A DNA stretch of 64,000 nucleotides from Klebsormidium nitens (GCA_000708835.1 DF237171.1:71572-135571), one strand, 5' to 3'. Counted from the first letter of the stretch, positions 29,501 through 41,641 are shown. The notes: generated from the letters alone by a model not told the origin. Made by a program: numbers and translations.

Positions 29501-32500
29501 CCTGAGAGTGCGTGATAGTGCTTAGGGAGCAAGGACAACTGCTCGCCCTTGAGTTCAAGAGAACGTGGAGCCAGCAGAATGTTCACTTGCTGCAGGAAGT
29601 GAGCCTGAGGGTCTTTTCTTGTTTCTCGAGTTTGGCAGGTCAGGTATCAATCTTGAGGCGAGAGGCATAAGTTGGTGACGGTTTTGGCTCGAGTTGCACA
29701 GCGTTGCAGGACCTTGTTTGAAACCTCTGAAAGCTTGTGGGCTCGTGTGACGTGCCTAAGGTGAAGCTTATACTTAGTCTCTTGCATCAAGCTTGCTCGG
29801 TTTACAAGGCGTTTCAAGGAATGCTTGCTGACAAGCCATCCAATTTATGAACATGCTGTTGATCTCCGGACTCTATTCATTCAGGCGGTAGATGCCTTGA
29901 ACGGCAAGAACATTGATGGCAAGGAGTGGTTCGTGGGGCGCGCTCAGAAGAAGTCCGAGCGCGAGCAAGAGCTGCGCAACAAGTTCGAGCAGGAGAGGAG
30001 GGAGAAGGCCGAGAAGTTCCAGGGGGTAAACCTCTACCTCAAGGTGAGGCACCGAGGAAGCCCCCCGCTGCGGAGGATTTGGATTTTCGTGGCAGAGGAC
30101 AGAGGGGTTAATCAAGAGGTGACAGTGAAGTGCTAGCTATCTCTGAATATTCTGAAGACAGAGCGTTTGGGTCATATGGAAAAGGTGGCTGGTGTTGGGG
30201 CTTGTCGGAGGGAATGATTTGACTGGGTGCGCTCACTGCAGAACCTGGACGACACCTTCGACGATGATAAGCTGCGCGAGCTCTTCTCCGAGTTTGGCAC
30301 AATCACCTCCGCCAAGGTGAGGCCTGGGTCCAATCTGCACATGGTGTCAAGTTCGCGGGGGTTGATGAACTCTCGTGCTCTTGAGTCAGGCCTCGACTGG
30401 AGTGTCCATCTGTTAATTCCTGGGCACCGAGAGAAGGCCTGCTGGTATCCTTATGTGTCTTGACTTTGTGGTCTAGATAGAGGTTGGAAGGGAATTAGAA
30501 CGTCGGCCAAAGGTGACCATATTTACAAGTACGCAGTTTTTGAGTCAGAGCGCTCACAAGCTTGGGATATATTTAGCTGATGTAAAGACCAAGTCCTGGA
30601 TTCAGTAGTTCGAAGAGTGTGCTTGGTTACCTTCAGATAAGTTTATGGGTTCAGAACAACATGGAGCTGACCTTCGTATTTGGAGTCTGTAAAAGCGAGG
30701 TATCTTCTGCCGGTCTTCTAACGTGGCAAATCGTGGTGGTGTCAGGTGATGAAGGCCCAAGATGGGACGAGCAAGGGTTCAGGGTTTGTCGCCTTTAATG
30801 CCCCGGAGGAGGCCACCAAGGCGGTACGTCCACCTTCCTTTTGTGCTTGTTCGATAATTGGATAGTTCCTTGATGTTCCTGGTTTTGAGGGTCCATTTTT
30901 AAGGGGCGTCTAATGTCCTGGTTGTCAATTGGTGTAATCGTCCAACTTGGCCTCAAGAAGGTGCTCATATGCGGAGTCTGAAGGATGGAAGTTCCGATCC
31001 GACAAAAATGTTAGCGTAGTCTGTTGTTCCGAATCTGGCGGCCGACGGGTGTCACTCTGAAGCATTCTCGTGGCCATGGTTAAACCACGTCAGTTCGTTA
31101 GTTGCATCTGTCCCTCTCTAGTTCTTATCGAGTGACGACCATCACGCTAATCTTCCATCTGCTGAATGCACGTTGCTCATCTGTTGTGCGGCTGTGGTTG
31201 TGACAAGCGAGAGCCGAACTTAGCCGCAGCAAAGAGACCAACGTCCGCCGTTGATCTGTGCAGGTGACTGAGATGAACGGCAAGATGGTGGGCAGCAAGC
31301 CGCTGTACGTGGCCCTCGCACAGCGCAAGGAGGAGCGCAAGCAGAGGCTAGCGGTGAGGACACCCCGCGTCTAGTTCTCCTCTTGTGTCGTCACGATTGT
31401 TTTCCTTTGGTTTCGCTTTACAGGGCTTGATTGCGTTTATTGTAAAGGTTGCCGGCGAACTAGTTTGTCGAGGTGCAGAGCCCGTACACTTTCTGTGGCC
31501 TTTCTCAAGCTCGGAGTCCCATTCCCAATCCAAATATTTGCTGAAAGGGGATAGGTGCACCCAAATTTCAGAACTTCCTCCTCCTCATCTCTGTGAAAGC
31601 CAGGGCGAGTTGCTGATCCAGGGCCCCTCTTGCCGTTCTTTCGACTCCGCGATTGGATCTGCTCTTGCTACCTCTAGATATAGATCCGGGAAACGACTGA
31701 CCTTGAAAATCCTCACGAATGTTGCAGAAACTACTGCCGGCTCGTCCAAACTTTCCTAACTTCACCTTTCTTCTCGAGCCAGACTCGTCGATCATTCTAA
31801 TCTCAAAGTCGCCTCGCGCCCTCATTCACTTACCAGCCCGAGTCTCTACAACCCTCTTTGTCAGCCTTCGCTTGCGTGTTACCAACCTTCGCCCCCCCCC
31901 CTTCGAACTCCACAGGTCCAGTTCCAGCAGAGGATTCCCCAGGTGGGCATGGGCGGGAACGCCCCCGCCAACATGCCCATGTACGGCCAGCTCCCCCCCC
32001 CGGGCCAGCAGATCTTCTTCGGGCAGCCCCCCCCGGGGCTGCTCCCCCCTCAGCCCGGCTACGGCTACCAGCAGCAGGTGCTCGCCCCCGGCATGCGGCC
32101 AGGGATGCAAGCGATGCCCAACTACTACGTGCCAGTCGTGCAGGTGAGATTTTTAGTCTCTCGGTCAGGTATAGTAGGCTTATAGTCATACCACTGGGAC
32201 GGGAAGGGTTAGGATGGTGGTCAGGGCGGGTTCGTTTGCTGAGCGTTTTAAACATCTAGGTTTAGGTTTGCAGTGGTAGCTTCGTTCTTGTCACAAAGTT
32301 TCTAGAGAAGTATCACGAGACCCCTTGAGTCACCTCCGATCTGTAAAAGTTGAATAGTCTACTTACTGCTGACCTTCAGAAACTTTCTGGGTTTGACTAT
32401 CAAGGCTCGGTATCTGATCGTTTGAGCCCAGCCCGGAACTTGCAGAATCAGGAGGGCAGGGCTTTTTCGCGTTCCAATGATCGCATCAGACGGATTGCTA

Positions 32501-34024
32501 TTGCTGCTACAACACCCACTGCTTTCGCCATCTGAACGCGGGATTTGCTGCTCGAAAGAAAATCTCAACTCTTGCTGATTTTTGGTCTTGATCAAAGCCT
32601 CAGTTTATTTGCTGTAGGTATCAAGTATAGACTTGTTTGCTTCTCAGAGGTCCAGTATTGTTTCACTGGAGGATTTTCTGTGTTGGTCCTTGATACGTAC
32701 ATGCAATTTGGCACCAGTGGCGAGCCGAAAACCGAGTGACGCGTCCGTTGTTGAACCTTCTTGGCCTCCTGGACTCCCTGCCAAATCCTCCGTTCTGTGC
32801 CTCACCGAACTCTTCTCGTCTGCAGCGACAAGGCAACCAGGGCCGCGGGCGGGGGGGTCGCGGTGGCCCTCAGCAAGGCCCGCTGGGCCCAGGGGGTCGC
32901 CAGCCGCCGCAGCAGGGCCAGCGGCAGGGCCCCGGCCAGTTCCGCTACGGTCCCAACGCCCGCAACCTGCCCGGGGGGCCTGAACAGGGCCAGGGCATGC
33001 CCCCCCCGGGGCTCAACCAGCTGCCGGTCCCAATGGAGGTGCCAGGGGGCGTTGCAGGCCCGTCGGCGGAGGGGGCGGTGCCCCCCATTGCGGTGCTAGC
33101 GTCGCAGCTGGCGTCGGCGCCGCCAGAGCAGCAGAGGGCGGTGAGTGGGCGTTCTCAGTCATGCTCGATCTGCTCTGGTCTCGAGCAATAATGGCAGAAT
33201 CTGTTTACATCGTTCCTTCATCCCGTGCCTTCTACCTCCCAATCATTCCGTGGTCCCATAGTGCACGACCTGCGGCTGTATCGTTATTTGACGGTGAGCC
33301 GTTTTACCTCGCTGACCGGCACCACTCCAGTCGCCCGCTTTTATTTGTTCCTCTACCTATCCCTTCCTTCCGACCACGTGAGGACGCCTTCTCAATCTTC
33401 ACGCTTTCAATGCTGCCAGACACCATGAGCCCTCTGATCTGTTTCAAAACCAAGCGCGGAACTTCTTACCAATTCCGGTGTCGGTTGCACAATCTCAACG
33501 GTGGCGATAAACGGTCTGAATGTGATCCTGTCCTAAGGCAGATGCTGGGCAAGCAGCTGTACTCTCTCCTCGCTTCGTTCGAATTAGATTAAGCTTATTG
33601 CCCTCCCCCCCCTCTGTCAGATGCTGGGCGAGCAGCTGTTACCCCCTCGTCTCGCTTCTGCTTTTGTACGGGAGTTCTGTACGAGATAGTTCCGTTCTCC
33701 CCTCCCGCTGATGCTGGGCGAGCAGCTGTACCACCCATTCTCGCTTCACTTCGTGTACCTTCTTTTAATTTCCCCTCTTTCCTCCCGCAGATGCTGGGCG
33801 AGCAGCTGTACCCGCTGGTGGACGCGCTGGAGCACGAGGCGGCCGGCAAGGTGACGGGCATGCTGCTGGAGATGGACCAGACGGAGGTGCTGCACCTCAT
33901 CGAGTCGCCCGACGCGCTGCGCTCCAAGGTGCAGGAGGCCATCGAGGTGCTCAAGCTCGCGCAGCAGCAGCCGCCGGTCGACCAAATGGGGGGGCTCTCG
34001 CTCAGCGAGAACGGGTCCGCCTAG
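26578..34024 (+). CDS. PAB: Cytoplasmic poly(A)-binding protein (4 RRMs, Q/P/G linker, MLLE), 12 exons, ~654 aa
   Basis: Exons 26578-26821, 27503-27621, 28024-28217, 28886-29048, 29375-29440, 29885-30043, 30242-30316, 30746-30823, 31264-31353, 31916-32143, 32826-33140, 33791-34024 (1965 nt). Motifs: [60 protein letters not shown]. Confidence 0.97.
33518..33820 (+). repeat. Four tandem ~80-90 bp copies of the acceptor site and first codons of the PABP last exon
   Basis: ATGCTGGGC(A/G)AGCAGCTGT at 33542, 33621, 33711 and 33791. Copies 1, 2 and 4 are preceded by CAG, copy 3 by CTG. Confidence 0.9.
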
Positions 34025-36002
34025 GGGGGGGTGGGGGACAGAATGGGTGTGAGGCGGTGGATATGGTTTTGGGACGAGGGGGTGAGGACGGGGGTTTGGC
34101 AGCAGAAGCGAGGGGTTCCGGGATGTGGGTTGAGGCTCGGGGGAGGAGAAAGGCGGGTTGGGGTCGTTTCGGCGTAATGATTGGCGATCAGAGTGTTCTT
34201 GGGAAGAAAAGGTGGCGGAAAGGGTGTCGGTGTGATCTGGGCCCTCTTGGGGAGAGGCCGTTGGCGCCCCTCCTTCGTAGCTGTATTAGGGAAGTGCGCG
34301 GGAAGGAGCCGATCGAAAGAAGAAGTTGTCATCAATGGAGAGTTTGCTTGGTTGGGGTCCGCGTGCAACGCATGCGGTAAACGCCAGTCTGAGCAGATGG
34401 GGAAGTTTCCAGTCAGAGTATTGAGAGTCAGCTGCAGATAAGTTTGCGATGCGAGCCCAGTCAGCATTCAGCAAATTGAAGCGCGGCGAAAAGTATTGAG
34501 CAGCAAAATGGAGACTCCGCGAGTCGCTCGTTGCGGCTTGAGGGGTCGGATGTCCGATGATCCGAGGCTCAAGGAGTCGAAGTTCGAGCGAAGCTAGTAA
34601 GGCTTTTTGGGAAGAGAGCACATTGGGTACTCCCCTCTCAAAATTAACGATGGGGGGTGAGGGAAAGGTTAAGTGGCAGTGGCTGGTCAGCCAGCCGAGC
34701 GCATCCAGAAGCAGGTTGCAAGGCCTGAGAAAGCACGTCTTTCAAAGGTTGGAATAAGTTTTCCGTCATTCTCGAGTAGCCTAGTTGTTCACGGTGTTTG
34801 GGCGGACAAAGGCGTTGGTGTACTACAGAACCCTCACGGCACATTTTGTCTCGGCAGGCTAAGCCGTCTAAAGCATCACGGATAACTGGACGGTGTCCGA
34901 GATCTATTCACGGTATTGCATGCGTGGGTAAGCATTGATGAATATGTATGTTTGTGTGGGCTGCACGCGGTGTCAACTGGGCGCATGCTGAACTAACCGC
35001 ATGGGCGCTTTCCCTCTTGTGCCGACCATAAGTTGGCAGAGCATACGCTTTGATGGCATGCAGTGGCGACAGGCATTGATGCACATACTTGCTGCGGCGG
35101 CACGTATATACACCAAAATTAGCGAGCTCCTGTTTATAAAGACCTTTGGCACACGCCGAGGCTATAGCTAGCTGCACATGCATGCATGTATGTAAAAGGC
35201 GCCTAGGTATACTAGTTGGATGTACGTATCCCAAATTACCGGCGGACTCAGCCGCCAGGTGGAGCTCGCGCGGGAGCACCCCCGAGCCATTGCGAAAGCT
35301 GCGTCGGGGGAACTGGCGGCGGTCCCAATTCCCCCCAATGACGTGTCCGGGCTCATGACACCGAGGACATGATGAACACGATCGCGGACCTGATCTACAA
35401 AAGCTTCCGCAAGGGAAACGACAAGAAGTACTAAGTCAAATTTTAGTGTCCACTTAGCATGGATAACAGCTACCCCGTAGCAGCATTGCAAAACATCTCA
35501 TTTGCATATCATCCGATCCATGCATCCGGCACATGCTAGCTCAGTAGAGTAATTTGTTTATCTGTTTAGCATGCGTCCAGGTTACTTGCATCTACCCGGA
35601 CATGACTTACAGCCGTAGCAAGCCGTAGAGTCAAAAACACCCATCCCGGCGGATTGGCCGGAGACCGTGCTCAATGGTTGAATGAGGTTAAGGGCGTTAT
35701 AATAAATTGGAAGTTACCACCATTGCAGACACTTTAGCTTTGCACATAGAAATAAATAACTTCATGTAGGAATTAATACCCATATATGTCGCGTCAGTGT
35801 CCAGTGCTATGCGATTGCAAAGTGGTGGGCGGTATGAACGTCGTCGATTATGCACATGAGCCGCTGCCCTGGAACTATCGTACAGGACGGTCACGGAGCT
35901 AACGCGTCATGAATTACACCCATGACAACACATTCACTTGCCAAGCTGGCAGATACAATTGGAGCTGTACGTTGCATGTTGCGGTCGGACAAAGTCTCGT
36001 AT

Positions 36003-36056
36003 GAGCCTCCGTTGGAGCGCGCTCTGATCGAGCCTCCGTTGGAGCGCGCTCTGATC
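36003..36056. repeat. Perfect 27-bp tandem duplication, intergenic
   Basis: GAGCCTCCGTTGGAGCGCGCTCTGATC x2. Confidence 0.95.
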
Positions 36057-36589
36057 ATCACCTGACATCGGATGTCAGGAAAGAGCTATCATAGTAGCGT
36101 ATGCATTACGGTCACCAGTGACGGGAAATAAGGTCATCCGACCGACAATCGACAGCTGTGTATGGATCAGTGATCGACGTGAGCGACTTAGTGCCACAGG
36201 ATTCACATGGCGCACAAATCGTTTCACATGCTCCACGGCCGCATTTTGTACCGTGGGGACTTTTGCGGCAATGGTCCAAAACTTTGCTCTGATCGGCCCA
36301 GCGTCGAATTCTACTGCATGCTCGCAATCCTTGCACTACAACGACGTTTGAAGGCTTTTGAAAGTCGACGTACGACCGCCAGACGCCGCAGAAACTTGCT
36401 GACCCTACCGATAAGCCTTGAACGCAGCAATGAGCTGTGAGCAGAACTTATGAATGTTTTTTGGGCTCCGATATCATCAAGCTCAATTGCCCGGTGGGGT
36501 CGCTGCTCGGAAAAATGAACAACTTCGCCCTTTCGCAAACCCAACCAGCTCAGCTTCCGTCACGCTTGCCGAAATCCCTCTTGCCCTCG

Positions 36590-39081
36590 CTACGCCGCAA
36601 CCTCCACCTTCCTCGCCGCCCCCATGAAGGGGCAGCCCCCCTCGGCCTCGCTCAGGAGCGGCGCCCCGAGCGCCACGCCGTGGGGGGGCAGCTCTCCCGG
36701 CTTTTTCATCCCCCTGATCACCTCCAAAAAGATGACCGGGTCGTAGTACACCTCAATCGTGGTCACCTTCATGTCCTCCAGCGTAACCACCGCAAACCCG
36801 GTCATGTTAACCGTCTCCCCGGTTCCCTTGTTCCCCTCATACTCGCCCGCAAACGTCGCCCAGTGGCGCCAGCTGAACGCCACTTTCGGGGGGCCGGAAT
36901 ATACCTCCAAAACCTCCCAGGGGAACCCCCCCGGGAAGGCTCCCCGGAAGTGCGCGTGGCTGCTCTCGAACGTCTCCGCTTCGGCGTCGTATAAATTGCG
37001 CGGGCACGCGGAGAGGAGCACGTTGTAGTTGCCCCGCGAGGCGGCCTCCTCGCCGCGGAACACGCGGCCGCCGTTGGCACTCACCGCGTACTTGGCGTGG
37101 GCGACCGTGCCCCACTGCGAGAAGGGCTTGTGGGACGCCTCCATCTCCCTGCGCGGGCGGAGCAAGGGCAGACGAAACTTACTTCGAAGTCGCTGTCTAA
37201 GTGGATTGATCGGGGGAGCATGATTCAGCCGCTGAGACAGCTGGAATTGATATGAATGCTTCCATGAAGGAGCAAAACAACGGCTGCAACAGGGCGAAAG
37301 TGCAGACTGCTTCTCAGACTGGCAAATTCGAAAGGTAGTGGCAGTGGTTCCAGCCTAAAATCGTGTCCACAAACCGGTAAGAACTGGGCAAAACCTCGAA
37401 CGAAGACATATTACGTTTCAGCAAGTTTACAAACAGCGCTCACCACGTCTTGACGAGGTTCTCGACGACCAGCTCGAGCGAGCCGGCGGGGTGGTTCTTG
37501 GTCTTCCCCCGGAAGTAGGCCAGATTGGCGATCGTGTAGTCGGGCTTGCCCTCGCGCCAGTCGATCCCCGGGGCGTCCAAATTGCCCCGGTCTGGCTCCA
37601 GCCAGCCCTTCTCGTTCTTGATGCGCTCCAACTCAGCGCGTGCGCGGGCAATGTCCTCACTGGAGGGACCGTATACCGAGGGCTTGAAGCTGGCGGCGCT
37701 TACCTGCGAGGAAGAGACCAGCCAGACGGTGAATCAGTGCGACTAGACCTGTACGTGCAAGTCTTAAGCGAAGCTACTTTTGATTGAACTGCTCCGTCAG
37801 TAGCCGACTCAGTGCGCAAAACGTACTCGGGATAGAGTCGATTACAAGGAGACTCCACAGAGGTGCGGTGGTTGGAAAAAGGAAAGCAGTGACCAAGCGT
37901 TGCTTTTGGCGGTCTTCTGTTTGGTCAGTCTGAAAATGCGACTAGATTTTGGATCTCTGTTTAAGGAGATTTGAGGTGACATTCCTTTTGACAGAACCGC
38001 CGGAAATACTCCGCTCAAGCATCATCCTTGAGGTGGCAGTGGTGAGACGGCAGACAGTCTTTCTGCTGACCGCTCAAAAAGCGTGAATACCAGCTTCGGC
38101 TTAATGGGGGCAGTCACGTCACATCTGCTTGAGGAATTATTCCTTGCTCAGGATCCACGTCTTCCGAAGAGAGATTTGCAGAGAGCGAAAAAGCCCACTA
38201 TCATTGGGCAGCACAACTCAAGCCTAAGGAAACAGGAGCGGGATTTGCTGTTAACATCAGGATTCAGACACGCTACTAGATATCCTGCCTCTTCCCACAA
38301 GGTACGAATTCAGGAGCTGCGAGAGCCTGAGAGCTGCAGACTAAAACACTTTGACATAGTTGCGGAGGGAAGGCCTACAATCAAGGGTCATGAGAAGCTA
38401 ATTTCCTTGTGTGTCACAATGTTTCCTTGTGGGTCATGAGCGCCCAGTAAATTTTTCTAGAGAATGATGGGCCATCCAGAAGCAGACAACTCCAAAGCAG
38501 AAGAATCAAGAGAAGCAGGAGACAAGAAAGTGTTCAAGGATTGCCCCTGCCCGGTTTGAACACTGGTGAGGGCCTGAAAGCATGTTGATTTGGACAGCAT
38601 TGTCCTTCTTGCAAAGGTCTAGAGGGCTCTCTTTTTTTCAGCAGCAGCCTGCCTTTAGCTTTGGTGTTTCAAAGACGAAGGCAAGCACAAAAAGTTGCAT
38701 TCTTGCAAGTCAGAGGTAAACCCAGTGGGAATGAGGTGTTGGCCTGTCAACCATAGGAGGGCACATCCACTTTGAGGGACACTTTCTCACTGTAACTATC
38801 ATGAACTTCTGAGCAGTTGTACATTGAGACTACCTTGAACGTTGAGGAACGTTCTGCAGTTAATGGAGCTCTAATCATCTCTCAGCATCACCCATGTATT
38901 CCTTCGAACCGTCCATCCTGTGATGGACAATATCTGGACAGGGAGAGATAGTTGTTGCAGATAGTTGTTGTGTTTGCATATACTCAAGTTCGAATTCTGG
39001 TATAGGACCGTCAGAGCACACCCTCACCTGCTGCCTTTCCTGGATGTCAGAAGCAGCCAGAGCTTGCACAGTTGGCGCCAT
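36590..39081 (-). CDS. Pathogen-related protein (barley PR / NTF2-SnoaL-like family), 3 exons, ~290 aa
   Basis: Exons 39081-39028 (tentative first exon, strong CAG|GTGAG donor), 37703-37444, 37148-36590. Motifs: WREGKPDYTIAN, GSLELVVENLVKTWEMEASHK, GNYNVLL, ETFESSHAHFRGAFPGGFPWEVLEVYSGPPKVAFSWRHW, GCPF. Confidence 0.85.
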
Positions 39082-39511
39082 CAGAGGTGGTGTCTTTCTC
39101 TTTGCAAGAGTATGCTGTGCAACCTTGAATTAGAAGCTATTGGTAGACACAATTCGGTCTCTGCGGCCTTCAAGTTCCGCCGACTTGCGGGGCTGTCTGG
39201 GAATCCCTATGCTGGCGCTGCAAGCAATGCCAAGAAAAGCAGGCAATTGAAGCGGAGGGGAGTCTTTGCTCCGCAACGGAATGTCTGCAGAGAGAAGCAG
39301 AGAACGGAAGTACCGTGGCTGCTGCAGAATCAAGCTGCTTTCCAGTGTTTTGAAAGGACCTCTTGAGCGGACAATGAGGAGGTGACTATCTCTCAGTGTC
39401 ATCAACAGTTTGTGCGGAAGAGGAGAAAGTCATCTCCTTGGACCAGGTCTCTTACTAGAGGCCGCTTCCTGCTCACGCCAATCATTGAAGTAAAGTTGAC
39501 ACTTTGAAACT

Positions 39512-39623
39512 TGTTCGTCATCAGTGTCTCTTTACTGTACGTACGGTATCCCTGCCAGCCTAATTGAAAGGCCAGGGATACGTACCGTACAGTATTAGGT
39601 AAAAGAGACACTGATGACGAACA
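39512..39623. other. 112-nt foldback hairpin (perfect 22-bp outer stem plus ~20-bp inner stem)
   Basis: TGTTCGTCATCAGTGTCTCTTT (39512-39533) is the exact reverse complement of 39602-39623. 39534-39554 pairs with 39573-39593 apart from a 1-nt register shift. 8-nt bulge at 39594-39601 and 18-nt loop. Confidence 0.9.
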
Positions 39624-41641
39624 GCCATCATGCCGGTTGCCTGCATTCACGTTAGACGAGCCTCGAAGCCCGAGGGAGCTCTAGGTATATACCGTATTAC
39701 AGCTCAAGTGACCATGGTCGGAAGTAGGAGCCCAGTTGGAGTTCACTTCGTACGAGCGGAGTCTGCTCGTCATTGCACGGACACTACCCGGCACCGGCAG
39801 CTTTAATTTGGCCGGTACCGGCATTCTACCGGCCACCCTTCGGTTCTGCCGGTTTTACCGGTCTCTCCAAAGTCCCCGCATCCTCATCACCGGGGTTGTC
39901 AACGCTCTCTCAACCAAATTACAGCCGGTACCCGGTGGCCCACACCGGTTTTTCAGCCGGCTAGAGCCTGGCCGGCCGGCTGGGTGCCTTGGGCTAATTC
40001 GGCACCGGTTGGACCCTCCCTCCAGCCAGCTGGGTCCACACCACTGGACCACTAATATCGCCAGGACCACTCAGCGGTTCGTGGTAGGTAAACCGACAAT
40101 GAACACTGTGAGCAGTGTGATTGGCGGAACACTGCCGGATTCTTCCAACATGAACGGCTGAGCCGCGTTCACGCCGATTCAATCTAAAACCCAACTTACT
40201 TTCCGTACAGTTTCCGCACGGACCATAATTGTCGCGCGTCATCGTAGTAAGATTGCACGGTAGAAAGGTAATCCTTGCTTCCGATAATCAGTAGTTACCC
40301 GGTAGTTACATCCTGAAAAGACGTCAGTCACCAAAGGGAAACGAAGGGACAAAAGATCTCCATTTGACCGGAGTGCGCAGTGCGCACTGCTGCAAAACCC
40401 TCGGAGTCGGAAAGCCCCGCCCTGAGTCGACGCGGCCGCGCCTGCTCCTGCCCGGCACTAAATCATATGGCTACAGATGAGAACTTACAGATCGATGGTT
40501 GCACGGCAGTCCTCTTCTCCTACCGTGCAAACCACCGTACTATCAGCCGTAGCTAGTTGTGTAAGCGAACTCTGGAATTCACATACCGTCGGCTCTGAAT
40601 GTTATATTGGCGGTATGTCGGATCGCATGGCGCACGGTATTGTAGGGCGGCGTGACCACACCGACTTCAAATGCAACCCAAATCGGGACGCTTGCTTGTG
40701 ATAGAGTTACATGTCTCGTAATGCATCAAGCTTGCCACCTTCCGATACTGGCGCCGGGAGCAGCGCGGCCAAAACCGGCGGCTGAAAGAGGGCTGGCAAT
40801 GATCCAATGATAAAACTGACTTAAGAATCCGGTTGCGCCATCGTCGCGATCATTTGGTACGATCTTGCGATGGATCAAATGAATTCGAGTTGCAGATTGA
40901 GTATATGAAAGGGTCAGTTTTCCAGCCACTGAGACGTCCGACAGATATAGTTTCATGCTTGCAGGTTTTCTTGAAACCTTAAGCAGTCTGTACCAACAAT
41001 CAGCTGCACCCTAACATTCTAACATACTTCTACACTGCCTTCAATCTGGTGAATTAGCATGCGCAATGTAACATGTACATCGAGCAAGCACATGACTTGC
41101 TAATGCTCATTGTATAGTTACTTGTCCAATGCGCTCGAGCTTTAAATACCATGTTGATGACAAAACTGCTTCGATTGAGTTTCATATAGTTAACAAATAA
41201 GTGCACTTAGCATGCGTACTAGATTATGTCGCCGGGTCGTCACTCTGCGGTGTCTCGGTAACATGCGGTCTACCTGGAACTTTCGCATTATCTTGATTCT
41301 CTAAACTACGCATGGTTCAGATCCGAAAAAGCAGAGTCTGATAGCAGAGTGCGTACTTGTTAAGCAGTCGACGTATTTCTTATCGGTGCAGCCCATTGGT
41401 GACCTCCCGAACGGATTTAAGAGGTTCAAATAACCTGCGTCGCGGCAAGACAGCTCCTGATAGATATAGCTAAACCCGTCAGATTCGTGGATAGCTAAAG
41501 GTCCCTCCGTGATGCTTTTGTTTATAAAGACAATTAGTGGATGGCATAGAGTTGAGGGAAGCTGTCAAATTGAGTTTTATCACACCGCAATCAACCCCAT
41601 CGTACAAGGTCAACATCCCGACACCCGTTCCCCCATCCTCC

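Noticed and set aside
39611-39623. CTGATGA in the hairpin arm resembles a hammerhead ribozyme core or snoRNA C box
   Set aside because: No stem II followed by GAAA, and no suitably placed D box with a terminal stem.
39772-40260. ATTGCACGG direct repeats 480 bp apart as a possible 9-bp TSD
   Set aside because: The enclosed ends are not inverted repeats and the motif recurs again at 40499 and 40523, so it is not a unique TSD.
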